This document shows positions 1 through 9,943 of a DNA stretch of 56,744 nt, piece by piece. Made by a program: the position numbers and the translations under genes. Source of the DNA: a virus (Duplodnaviria; Caudoviricetes); the IMG/VR virus record IMGVR_UViG_3300042808_000057, positions 1-56,744 of that record; one strand, 5' to 3'. The notes under the pieces are model-generated. The model made no database searches, had not been told where the DNA came from, and saw nothing but the letters and a program-made list of their open reading frames with translations. Position 1 is the stretch's first letter, and each line of letters opens with the position of its first letter.

Positions 1-127
1 AGATCGCACTCATGCCATGTGGGACCCGGCAAAGGCCGTCCTCATCTATGACGGGGACACCGCAATAACTCCCTCTCGGATAGACTACGCGGGCGGGTAT
101 GTCACGTTGCAGGCGGCTCCTGCCGGT
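1..127. repeat. Terminal direct repeat, copy 1 (circular assembly overlap)
   Basis: Bases 1-127 are identical to 56618-56744. The overlap falls inside one ORF and 127 is a common assembler k-mer size. Confidence 0.95.
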
Positions 128-1195
128 GCGGTGACTTGCACTATCTATTACTTCGCAATAGAAGCATTGGGCGGTGCATATGGTTGGAAAGCAGACCTCA
201 AATCCGACACCAAAGAGGTCACGACCTTCTCAGGAACTTTGAATAGCGCCACCGCCTGGAAGGAATATGTATCCACCCTCGAAGGATGGAATTGTAGCGT
301 ATCCCGGCATTTCTTCTTGGCAAAGGCATCTGTCACAACGGCATTGGTCACGGCGGATGCGAACCTCAAATGGGAATGGAACGATCCTGGCAAGGCCGGT
401 AATGCTGAGGCAATTGTCTATGAGGCCGGGGCCGAACTGCAAATAGCCAGGGCGGCCAATGTCACGACCGTAACCTACATCGATGATACCACCATAGCCA
501 GCGACATCAAGACGCACCTTGAGGCAGATCCTGCATTGGCGGCGCTCTGGAGCCTGAGCTATCCGACAACGGACTATAACGCGGGATTCCACCAAGGCGG
601 GGCGAATCCGTCCATTGACATCAGCGGCGGGACCGATACCAGCTTCAATATCAAGGCCGATTCTGAGTCTACCGCTCACCTGATTACTCTGACTGTCGCG
701 GGCCTGAATAGCGGCGTTGCAATCGCTTCCGCGATGCAAACGGCGATCAGAGCTTTAGGCGGTGCGTACACTTCCGTAACCGTATCCTATGAGGGAGCGC
801 CTGACACTGATTATTACCTGATCACTTCTGGCACCACCGGCGCAGCATCTGCCATTACCATCACCGACGCTACCAGCAACAACCTAGCTGATAACCTGAA
901 GATTGCAGTAGCCAACGGCGGTACATCCACCGCAGGCAATGATGGAACCGGCGCGGGCAAGGTCGGGGCAGTCACGCATACCCACGCCAGCGGAGGCAGG
1001 GATAGCTCAGATATAGCCAAGCTCGGTACGAAATGCCTATGCGTGATGTATCTGGACAACACTACGGGCTCAATCGGCAAGCTGGAAGGCATCGGCACAC
1101 TAACCGGCCTGGGCCCAACTTGCACCCTGGAATCCCTGGTAGAATCGGATGTGACCTTTGAGGGAACTAGCGCATTGCGATATCACACGGTGTAA
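17..1195 (+). CDS. 3' part of a long tail-tube-like protein with large insertions (true start 56496, crossing the junction, about 438 aa)
   Basis: Motifs WKADLKSDTKEVT, TAWKEYVSTLEGW and VTFEGTSAL align with the 132-aa tail tube ORF at 56063-56461. Confidence 0.75.
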   Translation: MWDPAKAVLIYDGDTAITPSRIDYAGGYVTLQAAPAGAVTCTIYYFAIEALGGAYGWKADLKSDTKEVTTFSGTLNSATAWKEYVSTLEGWNCSVSRHFFLAKASVTTALVTADANLKWEWNDPGKAGNAEAIVYEAGAELQIARAANVTTVTYIDDTTIASDIKTHLEADPALAALWSLSYPTTDYNAGFHQGGANPSIDISGGTDTSFNIKADSESTAHLITLTVAGLNSGVAIASAMQTAIRALGGAYTSVTVSYEGAPDTDYYLITSGTTGAASAITITDATSNNLADNLKIAVANGGTSTAGNDGTGAGKVGAVTHTHASGGRDSSDIAKLGTKCLCVMYLDNTTGSIGKLEGIGTLTGLGPTCTLESLVESDVTFEGTSALRYHTV

Positions 1196-1197
1196 CC

Positions 1198-1332
1198 ATG
1201 CCGGAAATATGCAAGCAGTGCGGGAAGGAACACGCCACCCTGGAAGAGCTACAGGCGAAGGCAAAGCCCAAGCGGATCAAGGTTAAGAAAAAGTCTATGA
1301 CATTGCAGGAAGATCCTGAGAAAATGACATAG
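1198..1332 (+). CDS. Small basic protein with CxxC-x3-H motif (44 aa; not in ORF track)
   Basis: ATG 2 nt after the previous stop; translates MPEICKQCGKEHATLEELQAKAKPKRIKVKKK. Confidence 0.5.
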   Translation: MPEICKQCGKEHATLEELQAKAKPKRIKVKKKSMTLQEDPEKMT

Positions 1333-1450
1333 GACTAATTGAGCCTCGATGAAGATCCACCAAGATCTGAGGGGCTCCCTTGCTTTATTTAGACATTTTT
1401 ATCAATAGTAAAATGAGTTGAAAAAGCAATACTTTCAAGGGAGAATTTGT

Positions 1451-1639
1451 ATGGAAAATGATGATTATGGCAAAGGTGGCGTGGTGCATCAGCAAAACAC
1501 GCCGGGCGAACTTGGCTCTGAAATCGTGGTGCCAATCAAGTTAATGATGCCAAATTGTGCGGAAGATCTGGAGAGTTTCATTGATTCCAGAATCGAATAT
1601 AAAATTAAACAAATGATGCTCAGAGGGAGAATACCATGA
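1451..1639 (+). CDS. Hypothetical protein
   Basis: ORF with ATGA overlap to the next gene. Confidence 0.45.
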   Translation: MENDDYGKGGVVHQQNTPGELGSEIVVPIKLMMPNCAEDLESFIDSRIEYKIKQMMLRGRIP

Positions 1640-1851
1640 TAACAGTCGACTTGAAGCAACAAAAGATCTTTGCAGACGGCAAAGAGATCACCGGAATAAG
1701 AGATTTCACGCTTGCTTATGTGCCAGGCCACAAGCAACTTTCTGCCAGCCGAATCCAAACGGATGCGTCCGGGCGGCCAGTTGCAGAATTTGGCGCCACA
1801 TTTGAACAGGATTTGAGATTTGTAGATGATCAGTTTGAAGTTATAGCTTAA
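1636..1851 (+). CDS. Hypothetical protein
   Basis: GGGAG ribosome-binding site; coupled within the tail operon. Confidence 0.55.
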   Translation: MITVDLKQQKIFADGKEITGIRDFTLAYVPGHKQLSASRIQTDASGRPVAEFGATFEQDLRFVDDQFEVIA

Positions 1852-1874
1852 AAATTTCAAGGGAGAAATGACAC

Positions 1875-2384
1875 ATGAAATCTACACCATTTTTAGTGGG
1901 CGGCCAAGAGCTGTCTATCAGGTATGAAAACAAGCAACAGCAAGACATCAAGCACAACGCACCTAAGAAATTCTTCCCAGATGCGAAGGGCCTGCGGTTT
2001 AAATCCTCCATGGAACTCCTCAATCACCTCGGAGATACCGATATCGAGATTTACCTCCTGCAAAAGGGCCTGGAATGGTCCGGCTCTGGTATTGGCAAAG
2101 TTACTGAGGAGGTTGCCGGACAACTTCGCCAGGACTATCTCGAAGAAGGCGAGGCCGATTCCGGCGAGAAATACGAGGCGTTCGTGGCGCTTTTGGCCGA
2201 TGCTCTCAGCCTTAACGTGATTGGTGCATCTGGAAAAAAGCTCCAGGAGAAGGCCAAGATTACCCAGGAGAAGACCAAGGACGCGAAGATCGAGGAGCTG
2301 GCGATAATCTACGAAGCTCAGAAGATCGCGAACGAACGCTACTCGATGAGGAAGAGTACGAACGAATCTCCCTCGGACTCCTAA
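1875..2384 (+). CDS. Tail assembly chaperone (gpG-like)
   Basis: Lies between tail tube and tape measure genes and contains an in-frame A AAA AAG slippery heptamer. Confidence 0.8.
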   Translation: MKSTPFLVGGQELSIRYENKQQQDIKHNAPKKFFPDAKGLRFKSSMELLNHLGDTDIEIYLLQKGLEWSGSGIGKVTEEVAGQLRQDYLEEGEADSGEKYEAFVALLADALSLNVIGASGKKLQEKAKITQEKTKDAKIEELAIIYEAQKIANERYSMRKSTNESPSDS

Positions 2385-2641
2385 ATTTATCTTATGAGGA
2401 GTTCCTTCATTCAACTCCACCTGAAATTAACATCAAAGTCGAAGCTTGGAATGAGGCCCGGAAACGTGACGCACTCCGGGATTATGCCGCAATAAGGCTA
2501 TCTTCATGGGCTTATAATAGCCCCAACAAATTCCCAACTTTTGAACAGTTTTATCCAGAACAGGCGGCACCACCACCGAAAAAGCCGCTCGCAATGACAG
2601 ATCAGGAAGCTAAAAGGGACATTCTTTTGATGGCCCCTTAA
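2234..2641 (+). CDS. -1 frameshift extension of the tail assembly chaperone (gpGT-like)
   Basis: A AAA AAG at 2234-2240; the -1 frame is open to TAA at 2639-2641 and encodes LGLLNLSYEEFLHSTPPEI, typical of gpT-like segments. Confidence 0.75.
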   Translation, partial: KKAPGEGQDYPGEDQGREDRGAGDNLRSSEDRERTLLDEEEYERISLGLLNLSYEEFLHSTPPEINIKVEAWNEARKRDALRDYAAIRLSSWAYNSPNKFPTFEQFYPEQAAPPPKKPLAMTDQEAKRDILLMAP

Positions 2642-2661
2642 TTTTTTATTGAGGTTACTAT

Positions 2662-5600
2662 ATGCCAGGTGAACAGGTTGGAAGTGCATACGCCAAGATT
2701 TCGTTAGATGATTCCGCTCTGGATAGTGGCCTCAATTCGGCCAAAGGCAAGTTCTCTGCTGCACTGAGTAGCATGGAAGGCAAGGCCGTAGGTGTCGGAA
2801 AATCCATAGGGACAGCACTCGCAGCAGGAACGGTAGCCGCTGGCGTGGCTATGGCGGGCGTTGCCACTGTCGGTGTCAAGTCCTACATGGACATTGAGAG
2901 CGCCGCCGCCGATGCTGCTTCTAAGATGGATCTGTCTGCTATTGCACAGAAAAATGGCACCACCGTGGGCGAAGCTTTCAATGGTATTAAGCAGCACGTT
3001 ATTGAGGTTTCCAGGGAGCTGGGACAGCTTAACACCAACGCATTTGACCCAACACAAATAGCGACGGCCCTATCTGGATTGGCCGCGGGTGGATTCGATG
3101 TAGCTTCCGCCAGCGCCGAAAACCTGTCATCAATATTGTCATTGGCGACGGCCACCAACTACGATTTAGCCGATTCGTCTGGAATGGCAATGGCTGCCAT
3201 GAACACATTTGGCATGACGGTGGATGATCTGGGGCGCATTGCAGATGTATACACAACCGCGTGCGGGGCATCTGCTGTTGGTATGGGTGATCTCAACTAT
3301 GCCATGCAACAGGCGGGTCCGGTGGCATCTGTCGCTAACGTAAGTTTTGAAACATTGACTGCATGTATCGAGCAGTTATCACAAAGCAATATCAAAGGCG
3401 AAAAGGCAGGCACCGCACTAAGAGGATCAATCAACACTCTAATAACCCCCTCCAAGACCTTAACTGACAACCTGGCTGCCATCGGCTTAACGATGAAAGA
3501 CGTTGATCCCAGGACCAACGACTTTGTAGACATCTTAGAAAAGATGAAATCGCAAGCAGACAAAAGCGGGCTTGGCCTCTCAGCATTCACAAAAATATTC
3601 GGTGCAGAAGGCGGATTAATTTATAAGATGGCAGAAGGGACCGATGGAATCAACACATTCCGGGACGGCCTTCTGAATTGCGAGGGTGCGTCTGGCAACA
3701 TGGCCAAAATGATGCTTGACACACTCAAAGGTTCTTTTGATGCAGCACTAGGCACCGCAACCGATTTGGCTATAGGTATCGGCCAGGATTTGGCCCCGAC
3801 CATCAAGGGCCTGCTAGATTGGTTCTCATCAGATGGCGCTCCGGCCATCCGAGAGCTTTACACCGCTTTCAAAGAGGGTGATTGGGGCAAGATAGGTGAT
3901 ACGATCGCTTCAGCCGTAAAGGCCGGGTGGTCCAAGCTCAAGGACATCGGTAGTCAGCTATTTGGATGGCTCAAGGCCGTTAATTGGGGCGGCGTAGGGG
4001 AATATATCGTAAATGGCATAAAGGCTGCTTGGAACGAGCTGATGAGCCTTGGCGGGCAATTGCTATCCGCCTTGATGGCCGTTGATTGGATGTCAGTAGG
4101 AACGTCCATATTAGATTCTATCAGTTCTGCAATTGATTCCGTCATCGATTATGCAGAAGGCATTTATGATTACTTTGCTAATATCGATTGGGGCAGCGTT
4201 TGGGATTCGCTGGTTTCAGCATGGGATTCTGCCATTGAAAGCCTGTCGAATGTCGGCGAAACTATCTTAGGATATTTTGACTCAATCGATTGGGGAACCG
4301 TAGGATTCAAGATTGGTCAGGCCATCAGGGATGCTATCGCGACATTGGCTGACATTGGGCAGAAGGTTTGGGACTATCTGACATCTGCCGATTGGTCCGG
4401 TGCTGGAAGCAGCATTACGGAAAAGATCAAGGGTGGCCTCGATAAGCTCAAAGAGTTCTGGAATGAGTTCAAAACCGGCCTTTCTGTAGTAGATTTCACC
4501 ACTGCCGGAAAAGAAATCGGCGAGAAGATCACAAAGGGCCTCGGCCAAATTACCGACTATGCAAAATCCATCTATGACAAACTAAAGAAGGGTTGGGATG
4601 ACTGGATTGCTGCTGATGGCCCCGCCAAACTCGGAGCGAGCTTCGGCCACAGCCTCATAAAAGGCGTGGTGGATCTTGGAAAGTGGATCTACGACAAGAT
4701 AGCAGATTATTGGAAGAGCAACGGCAGCTCGATTGGCTCAAATTTCGCGGCATTATTCCACAGTGCTATAGACTTCGGGAAGACCGCGCTCAAAGCCGCT
4801 TATGATTTTGTGGTAGGATTCGGAAATACAGTACTAAAGGCCGGAAAGGGCACAATAGGCGCGTCCATCCTGGAAATCATCGGCAATGCGATGAATGACG
4901 CATGGTCCGGGGCAGGTGATAGCCTCATAGAAGCTGCGAAAGAGTGGCGCAAAGACGCGGAATCGATATGGGAAGCGTCTGACTTCGATACTACCATTGC
5001 GGCTACGGTTGATTGGTTGGGTGGGACACCGCTACCAGCGGACGGTGAGCGCCGGAGTGTCATCTATGACGTAACGACCACCGGCGGCCCGAATCTTACA
5101 CCGCTCAGGGGCGGAACGGGTCAGCCCGTGGTATCCTACCAGGGCGGCCAACTTTCGACACAACTCCAGAACGGAAACTGGATGAGTGCTACCAATTGGG
5201 CTAACCAGTTGGGTGCAAGCGGCCAGACCGAAACGGCTGCATTCCTCGCCGAGATCAAAACCTGGAAGGTCGCCGGATTCAACCTTCCGCCGAGTGAGAT
5301 CGAAAAGCTAACGGCGGCGTTCGTGGCAGGCCGCGACAAATACGAGGCAGATAAGGCGGCCCGCGAGGCCCCGGCCAAAGAAGAAGCTGCTATAGGCATA
5401 GAGGGCGCAAAAGAAGAGGCCGAAATAGAAACTGACGCTGCCGAAGATGCAGCAACTACCAAAACTACCGCCGCAAAAGAAGCCGCTGCAACTGAAACCA
5501 CGGCAGCAAAAGATGTCACTCTTACCTTCCGCCAACAGATCTGGAAAGCCGTCGATGACGCAAATACTCTCTGGCGGCAAGGCGGCGAGGCCATCAAGTA

Positions 5601-7620
5601 TGGCATGACCGAAGACGGCAGAAAGATAGCCGTCATCGGGCAAGTAGCTCAGAGACAATTTGAGGGCGCGGGCGGTAAATGGGTAGCCGGAACCACGGCG
5701 GCATCTAACCAATTTTGTACCGCTATCGGAATGAGTGGCCATGAGCTAGCGGTCACGTTGGGCCTTGCCAGTGGCGAAACCTCACGCGGTATAATAGCGG
5801 CAGCAGGGATCTTTCAAGGAGTGATCGATGGCAGCGGGCAACAGTTCAAGCTTGCCACCGGCAATGCTGTCACCGATCTAACCACCAAAGTCAAGAATAC
5901 GGCTACTGATTGGATCACTAAATATTCGATAGCCAGCACCAATGAACAAACCAAGCTAATCACGACCGGCGCGGGCATACGAAATAACCTCGATATGGGC
6001 GGCCTGAGTGCAAAGAACAATCTTGTAGCGGGTGGAAATTGGATATATGAGAAGGGTGTGGCGGCTGGAAATTCGATAAGCAACGCCGCCTCTACATTAT
6101 TTTCACGTGTAAGTTCGCTGATTTCCAGTGCGAACAATACGATTTCCAACACGAGGACGCTGTATTTCACAAATTCTGCAAGCAATCCCGCGAACGCCGC
6201 AACCGGAAAAACCGCTGCTCAGATCACAACCGGCAGCTTTTCAGACCCCTGGATGAATGCACCAAAAGGCACCTCACCGAAAGGGTTCGCGGTGGGCACC
6301 ATGGCCACCGGCCCGCAACTATCCCTCATAGGAGAAGATGGCCCGGCCAACCCAGAGTTTGTCATCCCAACCAAGACGAAAAGATGGGATCTACTCTTCG
6401 CTGCAATGCGTTCTTATGGCATTCCCGGTTTCGCAGAAGGCACATCGACCGGTACCGCCTCAAGCGATGCCGTAGATGCTGACAAGATGACCGCCTACTT
6501 CGGCATAGTGGGCCTGGCATCAATGTCTAAGCAGGTCAAAAAGATCATTACCGATCTCAAAGACTTCTTCAGGATTTCATGGGGCATCGTCAAGGCGGAA
6601 GGCTCAACCTACTGGAAGCAGATCAACGCGGTTCTGACAACTGAAATTACCGCGATCAGGGATAACGGCTGGCAGGCCGCGCTCGATATACGCAACGCCT
6701 GGATAGCCACCTCGGCAGGCATCCTGGATGACGCAAAGGCGCAATGGGCCTCCTATTGGCCCGCCATAGAGCCCTCCCTAAGCAGCCTGAAGGATTCGCT
6801 CATAAGTTCCTTTGAGCAGGCAGGAGACGGCGCTAAGAACGCGATAGATAGCATGGTGATGAACTCAGAGTCCTCTCTGCAAGCCTTCGGGCAGGCGTGG
6901 GCGGAAATCTGGTCGCAGCTTGTAACCGACATGGATGCGGCACAAACCCAGATTTCAGAAGGCGTGGCGGCAATTGCCGAAATGCTGAAATCGATATCTG
7001 TAAATGTCAATATTTCTGGCGGTGGCGGATATGGAGGAGGCGGGGGGGGAGGTGGTGGCGGCTTCCCAGGAGATTGGGACTTTGGCGGCGGCGGTGATTG
7101 GTTAGCACCTACCGGGGATTGGTCTGATTGGGGTGGTGGAAATAGCTATAATATCAACACCAATGGGGGGGGATGTACGATAGGCGGTGGCGGATGCACA
7201 CTTACTGCGGGTGGATGCCCTAGCTATTTAGCGGCAGTGCAATCGAGTACTGGCCCGTTGGCTACGGCTGGGTTGGGTTATACAGGTGGCTCTTCATATT
7301 CTGGTGGGGGTGGATATGCTGACATCTCTTATGCGCTGCCTGCGATCTTCCGGGCCAAAGGCGCGTTGGTGGACAAAGGGCCGGAGCTATCCATCATAGG
7401 AGAATCCGGGCCTGAGATGGTCCTTCCTGCCAAGCTCACCCGCATGTTCGTTAGCCTCGCAGATATGGGCGCCAACGCAATCGGCGGCGGGCGGCAAGTA
7501 ATCGAGGACCGCACCGTTCATGAGCATCATCACTATTGGGACGGAAAACGGGTTACCGATATGGTTATGACTGCCAGCATGAAGAGATTACAACTGAGGG
7601 GCGCGGTCCCATCGAGGTAA
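2662..7620 (+). CDS. Tail tape measure protein (TP901-type core)
   Basis: 1652 aa, Ala/Gly-rich; N-terminal VGSAYAKISLD; KGEKAGTALR core; repeated DW helical units; two GPxLSxIGExGP motifs. Confidence 0.95.
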   Translation: MPGEQVGSAYAKISLDDSALDSGLNSAKGKFSAALSSMEGKAVGVGKSIGTALAAGTVAAGVAMAGVATVGVKSYMDIESAAADAASKMDLSAIAQKNGTTVGEAFNGIKQHVIEVSRELGQLNTNAFDPTQIATALSGLAAGGFDVASASAENLSSILSLATATNYDLADSSGMAMAAMNTFGMTVDDLGRIADVYTTACGASAVGMGDLNYAMQQAGPVASVANVSFETLTACIEQLSQSNIKGEKAGTALRGSINTLITPSKTLTDNLAAIGLTMKDVDPRTNDFVDILEKMKSQADKSGLGLSAFTKIFGAEGGLIYKMAEGTDGINTFRDGLLNCEGASGNMAKMMLDTLKGSFDAALGTATDLAIGIGQDLAPTIKGLLDWFSSDGAPAIRELYTAFKEGDWGKIGDTIASAVKAGWSKLKDIGSQLFGWLKAVNWGGVGEYIVNGIKAAWNELMSLGGQLLSALMAVDWMSVGTSILDSISSAIDSVIDYAEGIYDYFANIDWGSVWDSLVSAWDSAIESLSNVGETILGYFDSIDWGTVGFKIGQAIRDAIATLADIGQKVWDYLTSADWSGAGSSITEKIKGGLDKLKEFWNEFKTGLSVVDFTTAGKEIGEKITKGLGQITDYAKSIYDKLKKGWDDWIAADGPAKLGASFGHSLIKGVVDLGKWIYDKIADYWKSNGSSIGSNFAALFHSAIDFGKTALKAAYDFVVGFGNTVLKAGKGTIGASILEIIGNAMNDAWSGAGDSLIEAAKEWRKDAESIWEASDFDTTIAATVDWLGGTPLPADGERRSVIYDVTTTGGPNLTPLRGGTGQPVVSYQGGQLSTQLQNGNWMSATNWANQLGASGQTETAAFLAEIKTWKVAGFNLPPSEIEKLTAAFVAGRDKYEADKAAREAPAKEEAAIGIEGAKEEAEIETDAAEDAATTKTTAAKEAAATETTAAKDVTLTFRQQIWKAVDDANTLWRQGGEAIKYGMTEDGRKIAVIGQVAQRQFEGAGGKWVAGTTAASNQFCTAIGMSGHELAVTLGLASGETSRGIIAAAGIFQGVIDGSGQQFKLATGNAVTDLTTKVKNTATDWITKYSIASTNEQTKLITTGAGIRNNLDMGGLSAKNNLVAGGNWIYEKGVAAGNSISNAASTLFSRVSSLISSANNTISNTRTLYFTNSASNPANAATGKTAAQITTGSFSDPWMNAPKGTSPKGFAVGTMATGPQLSLIGEDGPANPEFVIPTKTKRWDLLFAAMRSYGIPGFAEGTSTGTASSDAVDADKMTAYFGIVGLASMSKQVKKIITDLKDFFRISWGIVKAEGSTYWKQINAVLTTEITAIRDNGWQAALDIRNAWIATSAGILDDAKAQWASYWPAIEPSLSSLKDSLISSFEQAGDGAKNAIDSMVMNSESSLQAFGQAWAEIWSQLVTDMDAAQTQISEGVAAIAEMLKSISVNVNISGGGGYGGGGGGGGGGFPGDWDFGGGGDWLAPTGDWSDWGGGNSYNINTNGGGCTIGGGGCTLTAGGCPSYLAAVQSSTGPLATAGLGYTGGSSYSGGGGYADISYALPAIFRAKGALVDKGPELSIIGESGPEMVLPAKLTRMFVSLADMGANAIGGGRQVIEDRTVHEHHHYWDGKRVTDMVMTASMKRLQLRGAVPSR

Positions 7621-7621
7621 A

Positions 7622-8113
7622 ATGCCAGACACTTCTACAAGAAATTCATTGAATTTGCCGCTGTCTACGGACGGCGGCCAAACCTCATATACTAGCTGGC
7701 ACACGAATTTTGAGATCATAGATGCCGCTATCGCAAAATGCAACTGGGACTCCGCGACCGATCCGGGCACAGGAGATGACAGTGCAGATGGCTATGTGGC
7801 CGGGTCCTTCTGGCTCAATACGACTGCTCATTACCTCTGGATATGTGAGGACAATACGGCAGGAAACGCTATCTGGCGGCAATTGTATCCCTCCGCCGCG
7901 ATCACTACAAAGGTCTGCGGGGCGAAAGTAACCGCCACCGGAACCAGTATCACCGTGCCCAATACACCAGTTGCCAACACCTACAAACTTTTCAAGAACG
8001 GCCTAAGACTGCTTGAAGGCAGCGGCGAAGGGTTCACGCGAGATGGAACGGCGGTCACTCTGACGACTTCAGCCGAAGAAGACGACGTTTTTTGGCATGA
8101 TTATGAGTATTGA
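7622..8113 (+). CDS. Tail-associated protein
   Basis: Directly after the tape measure gene; DPGTGDD..GYVAGSFWLN..WICEDNTAGNAIW motif resembles virion fibre proteins. Confidence 0.6.
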   Translation: MPDTSTRNSLNLPLSTDGGQTSYTSWHTNFEIIDAAIAKCNWDSATDPGTGDDSADGYVAGSFWLNTTAHYLWICEDNTAGNAIWRQLYPSAAITTKVCGAKVTATGTSITVPNTPVANTYKLFKNGLRLLEGSGEGFTRDGTAVTLTTSAEEDDVFWHDYEY

Positions 8114-8122
8114 GGTTCCTAC

Positions 8123-9943
8123 ATGCTAGTAAAAATTGGCACCACGGAACTATATACACAGACCACTCTCGCGGAAGCTTTAGGTAGTGACGACAGCACG
8201 CCGCTCTCTGAGTCCATGCCGGAAAGCATGACGTTGGCTGAAATCTTCCCGGTCGAAAGCAAGCTCCTTAACGAATCCGGCATAAACATCGAGCATTTTG
8301 TAGATGGCCGGGCAACATGTGGGTTTACCGTTCTCGATGAAGCCGGAACGATGGCATTTTATGAGAGGATGAAAGTCGAAATCAAGGATTTAGATAACAA
8401 TCTCTCCTATGCCGGATTGGTGCAGAGTGGCGAAATCGTCAAGGTTCCCGGAACATCGATCAAATTCCATGTAATCGATTCACCAGATTTTACCGCCATG
8501 CTCGACTGGCGCATAGTGGATTATGCAGCTACAAATAAGCTCGCAGGCGATGCCGTAAAGGAGATACTGGCAGAATATCTAGCTGAAGAGGGCATAACCG
8601 AAGGCTACATTGAGGACGGTGTTGAGCTATCCGAGATTAGCCTGGGTGATGTGACCGCGACCGTGGCCTTGCAGAAATTGGCCGATTCGCAGGGGTTCGT
8701 TTTCTATTTGGACTATGATCTAAAGCTATATTTCCATACCAGGAGCCTTTATGCCGCTGATTGGAGCATTACGGATACTGAGGATATTCTTTCTGACAGC
8801 CTATCGATAACCCGCGCCAATCCAGGTTACCGTAATACTGAGATTGGCAAAGGGGGCTATGCAGAAACTGATCTGATGACAGATACGTTCATCGGGGACG
8901 GCACCACAAAGACCTTCCCGCTTGCGTATCCTGTCAATCGCATTTCGACCGTGACCGTGGCGGGTCACGAAATGACAGTGGGCCAAAAAGGCACGGATAC
9001 CGGCAGCTATGAGTCTTATTATGCCGTCCAATCCGAGACTTTCACGTTTGAAACTGCCCCTGCCGACTCGGCTGCAATCGAAATACAGTATTATGGACTG
9101 TGGAAAGCCAAAAGCAAAGCAGAAGATCTTTCTGCCATAGCTGCCAATGCCGCCAGGCAGGGGGTAGGCTCTGGCAAGGTTGAGCACATCACAAGCGACG
9201 ATTCCCTCACATCAATTGAGGCAATGGGCGAATACCTTAACGCTTCGCTGGCTAACTATGCGACCGATGGAATACAAATAAAATACAAGACGCGGCGGGC
9301 CGGTTTAGCTGCCGGAACCTTGCAGCATATCGCCTTAGACGATATAGATGAGGACTTCTTAATCACGAACGTTTCAGAGTCTCACAAGGACGGGGATACG
9401 GAATATACCGTATCGGGCTGCTATGGCCCGGTGCAACCCGAATGGGATCTGTACTTTCGTTCGGCATTCGAGGTCGTACAAAATGCTATCAGTGAAGGCG
9501 TAGATGCAAGTGGTGTCACGAAATTATACAATTTTTCGCATACTTACCTTGATGCAGATAGGACTCCTGCCCATGCGCATTCTGATATTTTCACTCATGC
9601 GATGATAGGAGAAGGGCTTGCGGTATCGAGCGATACATGGCCGTGCTTCGATCCCACCGACCGGGTAGAGTATATCGAGTTCTGGAAAGACGACGCTTGC
9701 GTTTTCCGCAAGCAGCATACGTCAGTTGTGGATGAGGCGCTTGATACGGATATTCATAGTTATTCCTACATAGCACCGGCTGAAGCGATTGGCGATATAG
9801 AGGAGGTTGTCTTTTTCGGGGGGTCATTAGCCACCTCTGTATATGGTACAGGCGTTGAAATCTATCGGGCGGATTTCGTGAAGACGAAGACCATTTTGGA
9901 GAGCTTACAATTGAACATGAATTATATTAATGGAAGTGTCTAA
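8123..9943 (+). CDS. Tail tip / baseplate hub protein
   Basis: 606 aa, acidic; ALQKLAD..FYLDYDLKLYF hub-like motif; GDGTTKTF insertion; position in tail operon. Confidence 0.75.
   Translation: MLVKIGTTELYTQTTLAEALGSDDSTPLSESMPESMTLAEIFPVESKLLNESGINIEHFVDGRATCGFTVLDEAGTMAFYERMKVEIKDLDNNLSYAGLVQSGEIVKVPGTSIKFHVIDSPDFTAMLDWRIVDYAATNKLAGDAVKEILAEYLAEEGITEGYIEDGVELSEISLGDVTATVALQKLADSQGFVFYLDYDLKLYFHTRSLYAADWSITDTEDILSDSLSITRANPGYRNTEIGKGGYAETDLMTDTFIGDGTTKTFPLAYPVNRISTVTVAGHEMTVGQKGTDTGSYESYYAVQSETFTFETAPADSAAIEIQYYGLWKAKSKAEDLSAIAANAARQGVGSGKVEHITSDDSLTSIEAMGEYLNASLANYATDGIQIKYKTRRAGLAAGTLQHIALDDIDEDFLITNVSESHKDGDTEYTVSGCYGPVQPEWDLYFRSAFEVVQNAISEGVDASGVTKLYNFSHTYLDADRTPAHAHSDIFTHAMIGEGLAVSSDTWPCFDPTDRVEYIEFWKDDACVFRKQHTSVVDEALDTDIHSYSYIAPAEAIGDIEEVVFFGGSLATSVYGTGVEIYRADFVKTKTILESLQLNMNYINGSV

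Noticed and set aside
1-127. Biological terminal repeat of the virion DNA
   Set aside because: The length matches a common assembler k-mer and the repeat interrupts a gene, so a circularisation overlap is the simpler explanation.
2504-7770. Many antisense and alternate-frame ORFs overlapping the tape measure and other long genes
   Set aside because: They are shadow ORFs without RBS or recognisable motifs and lie within well-supported genes.
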